A stretch of 59,881 bases of DNA, filler included, from Barthelona sp. PAP020 (taxonomy: Eukaryota): NCBI GenBank assembly GCA_040182905.1. It is 4 parts of 4 records of this genome, joined end to end, with 100 filler letters (N's around TTAATTAATTAA, not from the genome) between each part and the next. Parts side by side here need not be neighbours in the genome. Positions count along the whole stretch, not along the records: positions 15,100 to 29,985 come from JARQWU010000293.1; positions 30,086 to 44,936 come from JARQWU010000294.1; 2 more parts are not named here. One strand, written 5' to 3'. Made by a program: the position numbers and the translations under genes. The notes under the pieces were generated by a model. It had not been told where the DNA came from. It made no database searches and saw nothing but the letters and a program-made list of their open reading frames with translations. How positions within the stretch are numbered: position 1 is the first letter of the stretch; the number at the start of each line of letters is the position of its first letter. Of the stretch, positions 21,789 through 32,132 are shown in pieces.

Positions 21789-22709
21789 GTTGAATTGTGG
21801 AATTATTTTATAAATGTATTTTGATTTTCCTTTGTGACAGATGCAATATACCCCTTAGATCTTCATTTATTTTGGGGTTATTGTCAAAGTTGAGAAGCTA
21901 TACATCAATAAAGAAACTTGATTTTCTTTTTTATCAAATGGTTTTCTTGGTGCAATTGCTGCGATATATTATGAGGCTTGAATATTTTTTTCAAATCTAA
22001 AATTCAGGTTGAGAAACTTTATTCTGTGGTGTTCCGCAGGCATTGAATTATTTTGCAGAAATTTAGTTTGTGTTTTGACTTTCTGAACCATAAATAGTGA
22101 TATTAAACACAAGAATTTGATATTTTTTTATGCTATATTGATTTGAACAACTTTTGACTTTTCAACCACGTTGGCCTTTTACCAAACGCATAAACCATTC
22201 ATTTACATCAATAAAATTATTTCAAATAACTATTTTGTCCTTCAAAGTGACAACAATATTTTTATATTAAAAAGAACAAAAATTGAACTTTTGTGCTTGA
22301 AACCAACACTAAACCATCAAATGATTAATCATATTTGCACATTCTTATCAAAAAAAAAAAAAAAAGATAAACAAAGACTGAGAGTGAATTGCAATCCAAA
22401 ACAATGTTGGTTGAACCAACATATTTAAAAAGACCTCAATAAGACAAAAAAAATTATATATATAATAGAATTTTTACCCTTCAAAAGTTTTTGAAAATTG
22501 ACACAAATAATTATTATCCAAAAGTTCAAAAAAAGTTTCTTTTTTGTGAACTTCTTTTTGGTGAAATGTTTTGATTTTTGGGGGGCTCATTCAATTATGG
22601 TCGTATTTGACAGGAAAAAATATTGAGCACTTCTTATTGGTTACTTTTTATTTCTATTTCATAAAATATTTTCAAAATCTTCTTGTTTTTGACTTTTTGA
22701 AAAAAAAAA

Positions 22710-23669
22710 ATGGGTCAAAAAAATTCAATGAATGATGTACTTCTAAACCATACACAGACAGCTTTGGAAGAATTGGCAAATTACTTCATTGAAGGAAAAA
22801 AGGTACTCTTTGTTACAGGTGCTGGATTGTCTGTTTGCTCTGGAATATTACCTTATAGAGGAACACCTGATGCTATTTGGAATAATTATCTGACAGAAAC
22901 AGGTACAAAAACCAATTTTCTATTGAACCCCGAGAAATGGTGGAATGAATTTTGGCTGAGAACTCACGAAAAATCAATGTTTTTCAATGCAAGCCCAAAT
23001 CCTGGGCATGTGGCAATAACAGCTTTATCAAAAATATGCTCCATCAAAGTCATCACTCAGAATATTGACAAATTGCATCAAAAATCAGGATTTAGAAATG
23101 AGGATTTATCACAGATCCATGGGGAATTAGGCTCATATAAATGTTCCGGAATGAAGAGATATTGTGATTATAATGTGAAAGAATGGATTTCTGATTTGAA
23201 TTTGGATCGGTTTGCCAAAAAGGGCACATCTTTGACAAGGGACAATTTGTTGATCACACCACCTAAATGTCCAAATTGTGGAGCTTATTTGATGCCTGCA
23301 ACATTACTATTTGATGAAAGTTATGATTCACATGATTTATACAAATATAGACAAGCAAGAGAATGGATGTTAAATGCTGATATCATTGCTTTTGTTGGAA
23401 CTTCTTTTTCAGTAGGAATAACAGCCATTATTCTTGAATTAGCATTAAAAACAAAAAAACCTCTTTATAACTTCAACGTCAGCATTGACAGTGAAGTACA
23501 TAATTTCAGAATGAATCACATCATTGGTAGTGCAGTTGAAACGCTTCCAAAGCTTTTTGACTTGGTTTATCAAAAACAAAAGAAGAAGTACAAAAATTTT
23601 GAAAGACACAGATTATGGTTGGGAAATAATTCAAATTCAACAAAAATGGAACCTTCAATAAACAATTGA
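22710..23669 (+). CDS. Sir2-family NAD-dependent deacylase
   Basis: TGAGLS..SGI..YRG, PNPGH, ITQNIDKLH.KSG, QIHG, four Zn Cys, VGTS. Confidence 0.93.
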   Translation: MGQKNSMNDVLLNHTQTALEELANYFIEGKKVLFVTGAGLSVCSGILPYRGTPDAIWNNYLTETGTKTNFLLNPEKWWNEFWLRTHEKSMFFNASPNPGHVAITALSKICSIKVITQNIDKLHQKSGFRNEDLSQIHGELGSYKCSGMKRYCDYNVKEWISDLNLDRFAKKGTSLTRDNLLITPPKCPNCGAYLMPATLLFDESYDSHDLYKYRQAREWMLNADIIAFVGTSFSVGITAIILELALKTKKPLYNFNVSIDSEVHNFRMNHIIGSAVETLPKLFDLVYQKQKKKYKNFERHRLWLGNNSNSTKMEPSINN

Positions 23670-23912
23670 CAACAAAAATGGATTTTGCCGTGAATTTTCC
23701 AATTGAAACTCTCTCTATCAATTAACAAACAACAAACATACATAAGTTTATTTAATTATTTAACACAACTGAACAGTTATTAATTCAAACCGATTTTGGA
23801 CAAACATTCTGTAAAATTTCCATCCTAATGAAATTCAAACATGTTTCAAAAAAGAAATTGAAATAACAAAATTATTTCCTTTCATTTTAAATCCCACAAA
23901 CAAATTGCAAGC

Positions 23913-26066
23913 TCAAGTTTCCATTTCATCAAAATAATTCTTTTTAGTTCCAGATTTAATGCTAAATTGAGAGTTTTCAATTGCTTCACGGATTTTTAAA
24001 GATTCAGAATATTGTTTCAAAGCTCTTTGAATGGCATTTTTCAATTGATATTCATCTGCTAATTCTATCGCTAAAACATGAATATTCTCACAGTTTTCCA
24101 CTTCATTCAATGCTTCAACAATGATTTGTTCAATAACGGGTGAATTATCACTATTTTCTAATTCAACATAAATTTTTATAAGTTCTTCATATAGTAAACT
24201 GCTTCTATTTATTTTTGCCTTTGAATTTAAAAGGGAAATAACTTTTTTCAAACTTTGTTGTCGATTTCTTTTGGTGGAAGTCAACATAAGTTGAGTTTTC
24301 CAAATAATCAAATGGTCATTTGGTTCAGCCTTACGAATTGCTTCATCCATAAGTTTTTCAAAAGTTTTGTCAAAATTTTGTAAAGATTGTAATTTCTTAA
24401 TCCAAAACTTTTCGCATTTTGGGAATTTTTCAATAAATTCATCCAATGAATAATCTTCGAAATAGGTTGAATACATTTCAGCATAAAAAATGTCTAAAAA
24501 CATAAGATCTTTCAATATTTTTTTCAATTCAAGTAAATTTCCGGCTTCAGATAGCCATATACAATAAAATTTGATATTTTCAAGGTTTCTCTTATTTTCA
24601 GGTATTAATTTAAACAGCTCAATACGTTCTTCAATGGAAAACCTTTGAAAGATAGGTATCAAATGATTAATTTTATCTTCAAAACTCTTCTCACCATACT
24701 TCAAAACATTTTTAAATGTTTGGAAACTGTTACCTTTCGCCAAACTTTCAAAATATGTATCAAAATCAACATTTAACTTCTGGATTAATAAACGCTGAGT
24801 CAGTTCGAAACCTTCACATGCTTCTATGTATTGAATCTTTTGAACAACATCCATTGATTCAAAATCAATAATTTCATCACAACTGGTCATAAGTTCAACC
24901 AATTTTTCAAACGATCCTGTAAATAATTCTTCTAATTGAAAAGCTGCTATCCAAATCTCAAACGAATGAGGGTTTTGATGTCTGGCAACATTCAACAATT
25001 GTTTTGCTTGTTCAAGTGGAATAGACTTCGCCAAACGAATCCAATAACTGATATTGTCAAAACAAGCATCATTTTGAACTGATTTGGCCAAAATAACTTT
25101 TTGCTCTTCAAGAGAATTTGATAATGTTAAAAGATGGTCCCAAAGCCTAGTGGATCGTTTAAAAACATCATTTTGTAATACAAGTTCAAGAAAAGCAGAT
25201 TTGCGAGAAACAGGAAGATGTGAACAAAAATTTAAACAAATATCAACAGTAAAGACATTGTTTTTTAAATTTTTAGAAAACTTTTCAAAATATTCACTCA
25301 CATCTAAATTGTCAATGATAAGATTCCAAACTTCTAACATGTTTGGATATGCTGCAATACAATTAAAAGCTATTTCCTTAAATTTTCGAAATTTTCCTTG
25401 TTTTATCAAAATTTCAAGTAATTTTAAATAATTGTACTCATTAGAAGAATCAAGATCAACTGCTTCATATAATGAATTCTCCAAATACTCATAATCAACA
25501 AAAATACGCTCATCATTCTTATCTTTTGGTTCGTTTTGAGGAGAAAAATCCGTTTTTGTTTGAGTCAAATCAACATTGTTGGAAATTTCTTGAGAAAACT
25601 TTTGTTGACGATCATTGGCTTGAATAACAGGTAAATAATCATTTTTATGCTTGGTGTCTAAAATAAATTGATCAGGAGCATGAGTTAAAATATCTTTCTT
25701 TCGATTATCTTCATACTTTCTGTTCATATCACCAATTGATGGAATTAAACTCAATTCTTTATCAGTAATATACTTCAAATCTTCAGTAACATCTTTAAAA
25801 GCATTTTTAATAAACACATCTTCCGTTTTTATTTTTGTCTTCTTTCGAGATTTTCTGTTTTTTCGGCTTTTACTACTATTTTCAACGTTAGTAAAAACAT
25901 CATCCCAATTATTTGAAAATTCATTTGGTGGCAATTTCATTTCAGGTTCAACATCAATATTTCTTTGATCCTTCAAACCAAAACCACTGTAATTTTGTAT
26001 AACTATACCTCTAGCCGAACCTGCGACATAATTCTTGGGTGGTGGTCCAAAATCAACATGAGTCAT
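23913..26066 (-). CDS. PRPF6: Divergent pre-mRNA splicing factor Prp6 (PRP1_N + HAT repeats)
   Basis: N-terminal FGPPPKNYVAGSARG, F.D....L..IT..E...IP.IGD, W..LAK....AK.LLN.AR...P...EIWIAA..LEE. Confidence 0.8.
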   Translation of the reverse strand: MTHVDFGPPPKNYVAGSARGIVIQNYSGFGLKDQRNIDVEPEMKLPPNEFSNNWDDVFTNVENSSKSRKNRKSRKKTKIKTEDVFIKNAFKDVTEDLKYITDKELSLIPSIGDMNRKYEDNRKKDILTHAPDQFILDTKHKNDYLPVIQANDRQQKFSQEISNNVDLTQTKTDFSPQNEPKDKNDERIFVDYEYLENSLYEAVDLDSSNEYNYLKLLEILIKQGKFRKFKEIAFNCIAAYPNMLEVWNLIIDNLDVSEYFEKFSKNLKNNVFTVDICLNFCSHLPVSRKSAFLELVLQNDVFKRSTRLWDHLLTLSNSLEEQKVILAKSVQNDACFDNISYWIRLAKSIPLEQAKQLLNVARHQNPHSFEIWIAAFQLEELFTGSFEKLVELMTSCDEIIDFESMDVVQKIQYIEACEGFELTQRLLIQKLNVDFDTYFESLAKGNSFQTFKNVLKYGEKSFEDKINHLIPIFQRFSIEERIELFKLIPENKRNLENIKFYCIWLSEAGNLLELKKILKDLMFLDIFYAEMYSTYFEDYSLDEFIEKFPKCEKFWIKKLQSLQNFDKTFEKLMDEAIRKAEPNDHLIIWKTQLMLTSTKRNRQQSLKKVISLLNSKAKINRSSLLYEELIKIYVELENSDNSPVIEQIIVEALNEVENCENIHVLAIELADEYQLKNAIQRALKQYSESLKIREAIENSQFSIKSGTKKNYFDEMET

Positions 26067-26281
26067 TCAGAAAATCTATCCTCAAAAAAAAATTTTAGCC
26101 AAAAATTGCTTAAATTTCAATCAATATGCAAATATATTTATAGGAAATTATTGAATTAGAACAAGCTGATTGACTTTCAGGAGAAAAAAAATTTACTTCC
26201 AACCATTTTTGACCAATTGTGACCGTTATTAAAAATAGTCAAACCAATCATTTAGATAGTTATTTTCCCCAAAATACAGTT

Positions 26282-27199
26282 ATGACAGGTGAATACACAT
26301 TTTTCGGAAGCTCTTTTGATACTCTTGTTGAGCTATGGGGATATATTGTTGGTTTAATTTCCATTATTATTTGGATGGCGGCACAATTACCTCAAATTAT
26401 CAAAAACTTTCAATTGAAATCAGCCGATGCTTTGGCAATACAGTTTCTTTTATTTTGGGTTGTTGCGGATTCGCTTTCTTTAATTGGATTAAGTGTTAAA
26501 GGTGGTTTACTTTCCCAATATTATTTAACTGCCTATTGGATATTTATCGATTTTGTTGTCTTGTCTCAATACATCATTTTTAAATCAGATGATAAAAAAA
26601 CAGAAGAAACAAGTACCGAAACTTCTGATTTTGAAGATAACAAATATGAATCTGAGCTTGAAGAATATGATTCAGGATTAACGAATTCTGTTAAAATAAA
26701 AGTTGGAAAACCAGTTAGTGTTGAAGGTTTTTCCATAACGATAATTTTAATTATGTTATCTTTTGTTTCGGTATTTGCGGATGGTGTTAAGTTAGTTGAA
26801 GGTGATTACTTGACAATAACTGTTTCTTACAGTGCTATTGGTGGATCATTGGGATATATATCATCTGCAATGTATGCAGGTGCTAGATTCTTTCAAATAT
26901 ATTATAACTTCAAGAGGAAATCCTGTGAAGGCCTCTCAATGATGATGTTTGGCTTGGCAATTGCTGGAAATTTTACTTATGGTCTTTCTTTAGTTTTGTA
27001 TCCAATGGATTGGCAGTATTTTTTCAGTCAATTACCTTGGCTGTTTAGTTCTTGGGGCATTTTGTTTTTGGATATATTCATTCTTTGGCAGAATAAACAT
27101 TATTCATCCATTAGCAGTAATGTTGATTTGTTTGAAAAAACAGATCCTTCAGAAAGAATTGATGAATTAGTAGTATTAGCGTCGCCACGTTTTGAATAA
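26282..27199 (+). CDS. PQ-loop lysosomal/vacuolar cationic amino-acid transporter (PQLC2/Ypq-like)
   Basis: W..AQLPQIIKNF..KS...L...FL..W...D; second loop RFFQIYYNFKRKSCEGLS..MF....GN.TY; first ATG 26282. Confidence 0.9.
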   Translation: MTGEYTFFGSSFDTLVELWGYIVGLISIIIWMAAQLPQIIKNFQLKSADALAIQFLLFWVVADSLSLIGLSVKGGLLSQYYLTAYWIFIDFVVLSQYIIFKSDDKKTEETSTETSDFEDNKYESELEEYDSGLTNSVKIKVGKPVSVEGFSITIILIMLSFVSVFADGVKLVEGDYLTITVSYSAIGGSLGYISSAMYAGARFFQIYYNFKRKSCEGLSMMMFGLAIAGNFTYGLSLVLYPMDWQYFFSQLPWLFSSWGILFLDIFILWQNKHYSSISSNVDLFEKTDPSERIDELVVLASPRFE

Positions 27200-27277
27200 A
27201 AAAATGATTTGTTTGTTTTTTTGTTTCCCAATATGATTTCTTCCTATTCCACAAAAAAATAAACAATTAAACAAACT

Positions 27278-27658
27278 TTACAAAACATCTTCAGGTTCTG
27301 TTAATTCAACATTTCTCTCATCAACAATACGATTCAAAATATCCTCTCCAGATGCAGCAAACTCTTTAGCATCAACAAAAATCTTATCTTCAACATCAAA
27401 ACCAGCTTCAACATATTCATCAAAACCATTCTTCAAGGTGTTTAATGCTTTATCAAGTCTTTTAGATGTATCAACAATCATCATATGAGATTCCTTGGCG
27501 ACATCTCTTTGTTGTTTGATTCTATACTTGTCAACATCATCTGCTATCATTTTTTCAAGTCTTTCTTTTTCTCTATCATATTCAGAGGCATATGATAATA
27601 ATTCTCGGCTAAGACGATTCACAACACCTCCATACACTTTGACTTTGTTTAATTCCAT
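27278..27658 (-). CDS. TBCA: Tubulin-specific chaperone A
   Basis: K...G.V.RL.RE..SY..E......EKM.....D.Y.IKQQ..V..ES.MMI.D...RL. Confidence 0.9.
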   Translation of the reverse strand: MELNKVKVYGGVVNRLSRELLSYASEYDREKERLEKMIADDVDKYRIKQQRDVAKESHMMIVDTSKRLDKALNTLKNGFDEYVEAGFDVEDKIFVDAKEFAASGEDILNRIVDERNVELTEPEDVL

Positions 27659-28014
27659 GAAAAATTATTCTTTAAATTGAAAAAAAATTAAAAGATTAAA
27701 CGTCTTTATTCTTTCAAATGTCAAAATCTCACATTTTATCTTTTTGGCAACAAATTGACGATGTTACTGAGCGGAATTCCAGACCTTTGATTTCAAGGGA
27801 CAATCGAAAAGAAATGGAAAATGGAACTCAAAAAACCTCCAATAAATTTCAAAAGCTTAATTCAAAAAGTAAAAACAATTCAATTATTGCAGTTCCTTTT
27901 CAAGACTAAATCATTACTAAAAGGCAGTTCAACGAACGAAAGACTCAAAAAAATAATCAATTCAATTTTTTTTAAAAAACAAAGATCCAAATAATATTGA
28001 TTGCACATTTACAA

Positions 28015-29139
28015 TTAATTCTTTCCATCAAGATAAATCCTGCCTTTCCATTCAATTTTTCCTTTCCAATCATTGAAAACACTGTTTAATCCACTTAAAG
28101 CAAACCCAATAACCTGAATAAAATGCAAAACTGTGAAAATACGGTCAATATCCAAATAAGATATGGTTGGATAATAGGAAATAGATGCCAACAACCACTC
28201 AACAATACAAACAACATGCAGCAAAGTTGAATTCCACACAAAAATATTTGTCAAAAGGTACAAAGGATACAATCCCAATGTTAAAATCATGCAAAGGAAC
28301 ATGAATAAGACACATATGTTGGGAATATTTTTTAAAAGAACTTTTGCATCTCTTTCAACTATTTCTAATGCAACAGAACCACCAATTCGACTATTTACAA
28401 TGTTCTTTGTCAGACCACAACATGATTTTTTCCCGGCTTTTGAAAAGATTTTTACCAATGCAAGTTCATCAATAATTGCGTTTTTTACTGAACTAAAGCC
28501 TTTTAATTCCTCTAAATCAGATCTTTTGAAGAGCATCGCCATTCCAGCAGCTGCACCGTTTTCAAAATAGAACATATTGCGAAACCAATACAGTAAACCA
28601 GGAATAAATATTTTTTCCCCAAACAAAGAACACTTGTAATCAATAAAAGAGGAAAGCATTGCATAATTACCTTTTTGAGCCTCATTTACCAAAATTTTTA
28701 AACTTTGTCCATAATGAATTGTATCAGCATCCAAACATAAAATGTAATCATGTTTTGATTGTTCAAACCCTTGTTGTAAAGCAAACAATTTTCCGCTCCA
28801 ATCAGGATCATGCGGTTTTCCATCAATAACATGAACATTTGAATAAATAGTGCTGTATTCACAAGCTATGCTATATGTGTCATCGGTGGATTCGTCATTG
28901 ATTATAACAATTTCATAATTTGGATAAATCTGGTCTAACAAACTATCTAGCAATTGACTTAAATGTTTTTCTTCATTTCGAGCAGGAATTAACACAGATA
29001 ACGATGGAAAAATATTTTTTGGATTGTTTAAACTGGAAAAAATTTTCCATTTTCGCCAAAGTTGATAAGGTCTAATCAATATAAATATGAAAAATAAATT
29101 TCCAATAATACAGAATATCTCAAACAATAGCAAAAACAT
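28015..29139 (-). CDS. GT2 glycosyltransferase, bacterial CrtQ/CruC/HpnB-like
   Basis: SVLIPARNEE, DESTDDT, W.GK..AL.QG, LDADT, C-terminal TMs and IEWKGRIY; first ATG 29139. Confidence 0.85.
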   Translation of the reverse strand: MFLLLFEIFCIIGNLFFIFILIRPYQLWRKWKIFSSLNNPKNIFPSLSVLIPARNEEKHLSQLLDSLLDQIYPNYEIVIINDESTDDTYSIACEYSTIYSNVHVIDGKPHDPDWSGKLFALQQGFEQSKHDYILCLDADTIHYGQSLKILVNEAQKGNYAMLSSFIDYKCSLFGEKIFIPGLLYWFRNMFYFENGAAAGMAMLFKRSDLEELKGFSSVKNAIIDELALVKIFSKAGKKSCCGLTKNIVNSRIGGSVALEIVERDAKVLLKNIPNICVLFMFLCMILTLGLYPLYLLTNIFVWNSTLLHVVCIVEWLLASISYYPTISYLDIDRIFTVLHFIQVIGFALSGLNSVFNDWKGKIEWKGRIYLDGKN

Positions 29140-29327
29140 AAATACAAAAGAAAACAATAAAAAGAAACAAAAATATGTGATTTATCGTTTCAAATCGTTA
29201 CAAACAATTGGTATCATATATTATTTTATCTATAAGTATAATATTGTTATTCTTTACAAAGGTAACTGTAAAACTCATTTTATTATACACAGTAACTGTT
29301 TTTTATAGAATTTTATTCACTAAATAT

Positions 29328-29607
29328 TCACCCAAAAACCATAATAAAAACCATTAACACAATATTACCAATTAATAAAGGATAAAAGGCAGTATTTCTA
29401 ACAGCATAAAAGACTTTCATCAAACGTACAATTGGTGTTGAATTTGCACGTTTAGAAATCTGATGAATTCCAACATTATCTAATAATTAGCAAATAATAA
29501 GAACTGTCAAAATAACATTTTCTCAAAAATCGTGGTTCGTTTAGAATGGTTAATGCGTTAAAAAATAATGCAGTTGAAAGCAATAAATCAAATAATCCAA
29601 AACCCAT
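29328..29607 (-). CDS. YOS1: Yos1/IER3IP1 ER-Golgi membrane protein, 80 aa, one 37-nt intron (29480-29516)
   Basis: Spliced translation MGFGLFDLLLSTALFFNALTILNEPRFLRKYNVG...AVRNTAFYPLLIGNIVLMVFIMVFG*; GT..GCTAAT..AG intron restores frame; not in ORF track. Confidence 0.9.
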
Positions 29608-29868
29608 CTGAAACCAAAAAAAAATTATCAACAAATTTGTTGGGTTTTCTTCAAAACAGAAAATTTGTCAAAAAAAGAGAAGAAATAGCATTTAATAATA
29701 GAATTGACTGATAAAATGATTAATTATAGTGAAAAATTGGTAGATAATTGAAAGATAATATTTTTATTTATGCTCCAAAAAGTTCTTTATGTGCAGTAAT
29801 AAAAATAATTGAGTCTTTTAAATGATAATTTATTAAAAATATTCTGAATCTCCCAGTCCAATTGATTT

Positions 29869-29985
29869 ATTATTTCCAAGCCAAGAAGCACTGTGCGTAT
29901 GAGTGAATAAGAAAGAATAGTGTTTATTTGGTTAAAGGCTTTCGAGGCCCGATTGATCTGTTGAAAAACTTTAGATTTTCTAAGG
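29869..29985 (-). mobile_element. Dispersed repeat family R terminus, running into gap
   Basis: attatttccaagccaagaagcactgtgcgtatgagtgaataag... is the reverse complement of the R end. Confidence 0.85.
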
Positions 29986-30085
29986 NNNNNNNNNNNNNNN
30001 NNNNNNNNNNNNNNNNNNNNNNNNNNNNNTTAATTAATTAANNNNNNNNNNNNNNNNNNNNNNNNNNNNNNNNNNNNNNNNNNNN
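29986..30085. other. Artificial contig spacer
   Basis: N-run with TTAATTAATTAA. Confidence 0.97.
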
Positions 30086-30199
30086 GCTTCTCTTTATGCA
30101 GATGTTGCAAAGAATAGTAATACAGCATGGATCAACAGACAAGATTACGAAGAGCAAGGTGCTCACGGTGTTGTTGAAAGATGTGGTAGATTTACTTGA
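30086..30199 (+). CDS. C-terminal fragment of an actin-related protein, most like Arp2 (5' part lost in gap)
   Basis: Reads ASLYADVAKNSNTAWINRQDYEEQGAHGVVERCGRFT*, matching the Arp2 tail pattern A.LAD..K....W..RQEY.E.G; not in ORF track. Confidence 0.75.
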   Translation, partial: ASLYADVAKNSNTAWINRQDYEEQGAHGVVERCGRFT

Positions 30200-30418
30200 A
30201 TATAAAAATTTTTGTATATATACACATTTATTTTTTGTATTTTGTGAAGATGTTTCCATTTTTCCAGGATTTTTAATTATTTATTATGATTTTTTATACT
30301 GAGATAAATATTATTGCGATAATTACTTTGAACCAAAATAAATCACTCACAAAACAAGGAGAAAAATTTAAAAAAAAAATTTGATTTTTCTCGCCAAATA
30401 CAATATTTCTTAAATCAA

Positions 30419-31924
30419 ATGGATTTAGGAACTCCAAATATATTAGAATTTAAAAGTTTATCACCACAGAGAAAAACAAAAGTTACCAAAGTTTTGTCCG
30501 AACAACCAATGTTATTTGTCAAAAAAAATCATAGTGGATATTTAGTTTCTGTTCAAGGGAATGATGATGATTTACCTTTATTACGTAGTTTGACTGAAGT
30601 ACCTCCATTGCAACGTAGTCCCAGTCCATTTGAAGAGTTACGAATAAAATCACCTACAAGGTTGCCTAAACCGAAAGGAACTCGTGAATTGAGACCTTTA
30701 GGATGGTGTATAAAAACGATTGAAAAGATTTATCAAGAAAGATTTAATTTGTTTGAAATAGAATTGAATTCGATTGATTTTGATTCTGATGATGAAAATA
30801 GAGGAAATATTGATTTTAAACAATTTGTTATTTCTTTTGTGTCCAATACTTTTGGCTCCAATAGAGCCCAACAAATGCTAAATAATCTCATATTCAGTTG
30901 TAATAAATATTTAAATAGAGAAAATGGCGTAGAAGACTTTATTAAAAAGTATTTATGCTATTTTTTAGATTTTTATAATGATGAATTAGATATATATGTT
31001 TTAATGTGGTTTACAAAGGCTCGTAGTGCTATTTTAAGGTATTGTGAAACTGACAAAAAACATAATTATGTATTGAGAAAAGTAAACTTGAAAAGAGCCA
31101 TCAGAGTAGCTTTTGGCAGTGACGTTCAACAGAGTGTCAATTTTTTTGAGGTATATTCCAACTTACTCTTTCCAAATAATGAAAACACCATTTTGTTTCT
31201 GTATTTCTTGATGGAGATATTTGAATATTATTTGCAAGCACAACAAATTATTGCAAATGAAACCAATGAGTTCAGTGATGAAAATATTGAGGAATATCAA
31301 GCTTCTAACACATTTATTAATGATTTTCCATACCATACACAAGACAATGAGGCCTTTGAAGAAATGACCTTCGAAAAAACAATTCCAACAGAAAAAAATT
31401 CCCAAATTGAAAAAAGTGTTCATCTTGTAATAGATTCACAAGACTCTCAGAATATTTTCGATAATGAGCCATTGTATGGGAACTATTCGTACGAAGATTT
31501 TAGCACCATCGTAAATACGACATTTAGTTTGTCTAAAACTGAAAATGAAACAACAGATGAAGATATGGAAGAAAATTCAGTTATTCCGAAATTGCAAACA
31601 AATGATATGACTAATCTTCACAGTCATACAAGTACAGTTAGTGCTACCAGTTTGTTGGACATAGCCAGTATGAATTTAGAAGATGTAGATAATCATGTGT
31701 TTTTGGAATCCTCATTGACCAATAATAGAGAATTAATTGACAGTATGGCAAATTTAAAAGATGAATTTGCAAACGACAGCGATGAACAAAATATTGACAG
31801 TGACAATGATTATTTTGATGATGAGTTATATCATGAGAATGTTGAGAATTCCGATAATTTCGTAGGAATTGAAAACACAATTGGAATGATAGATAAAATG
31901 AAACAATTGGGAAAAATTAAATGA
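30419..31924 (+). CDS. Hypothetical protein, helical central domain and acidic disordered tail
   Basis: 501-aa ORF with ATG after A-rich leader; no family recognised with confidence. Confidence 0.8.
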   Translation: MDLGTPNILEFKSLSPQRKTKVTKVLSEQPMLFVKKNHSGYLVSVQGNDDDLPLLRSLTEVPPLQRSPSPFEELRIKSPTRLPKPKGTRELRPLGWCIKTIEKIYQERFNLFEIELNSIDFDSDDENRGNIDFKQFVISFVSNTFGSNRAQQMLNNLIFSCNKYLNRENGVEDFIKKYLCYFLDFYNDELDIYVLMWFTKARSAILRYCETDKKHNYVLRKVNLKRAIRVAFGSDVQQSVNFFEVYSNLLFPNNENTILFLYFLMEIFEYYLQAQQIIANETNEFSDENIEEYQASNTFINDFPYHTQDNEAFEEMTFEKTIPTEKNSQIEKSVHLVIDSQDSQNIFDNEPLYGNYSYEDFSTIVNTTFSLSKTENETTDEDMEENSVIPKLQTNDMTNLHSHTSTVSATSLLDIASMNLEDVDNHVFLESSLTNNRELIDSMANLKDEFANDSDEQNIDSDNDYFDDELYHENVENSDNFVGIENTIGMIDKMKQLGKIK

Positions 31925-32132
31925 TTTGATGAGTAAAATAAATATTTTTGTATTTTTTCCTTTTTTATTTCTTTTATTTGTTTTTATTGTTGAAATAGAA
32001 AGTTAATATAGATAAATTGAAAAACAATTTTGGATCTGAATTATTAATAGAAAAAAAAAGAGATGAGAAGCAGGAAAAACCAAAAAGGAGACACATTTTT
32101 TTTTTTCAAAAAAAAATTGATTTCCAGATCAA

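Noticed and set aside
22168..22190. GCCTTTTAC resembling U5 snRNA loop 1
   Set aside because: Flanking stem is poor, no extended stem I or convincing Sm site, and a 9-mer match is plausible by chance
29869..30199. Repeat R apparently disrupting the Arp2-like gene
   Set aside because: They lie on different contigs separated by an artificial spacer
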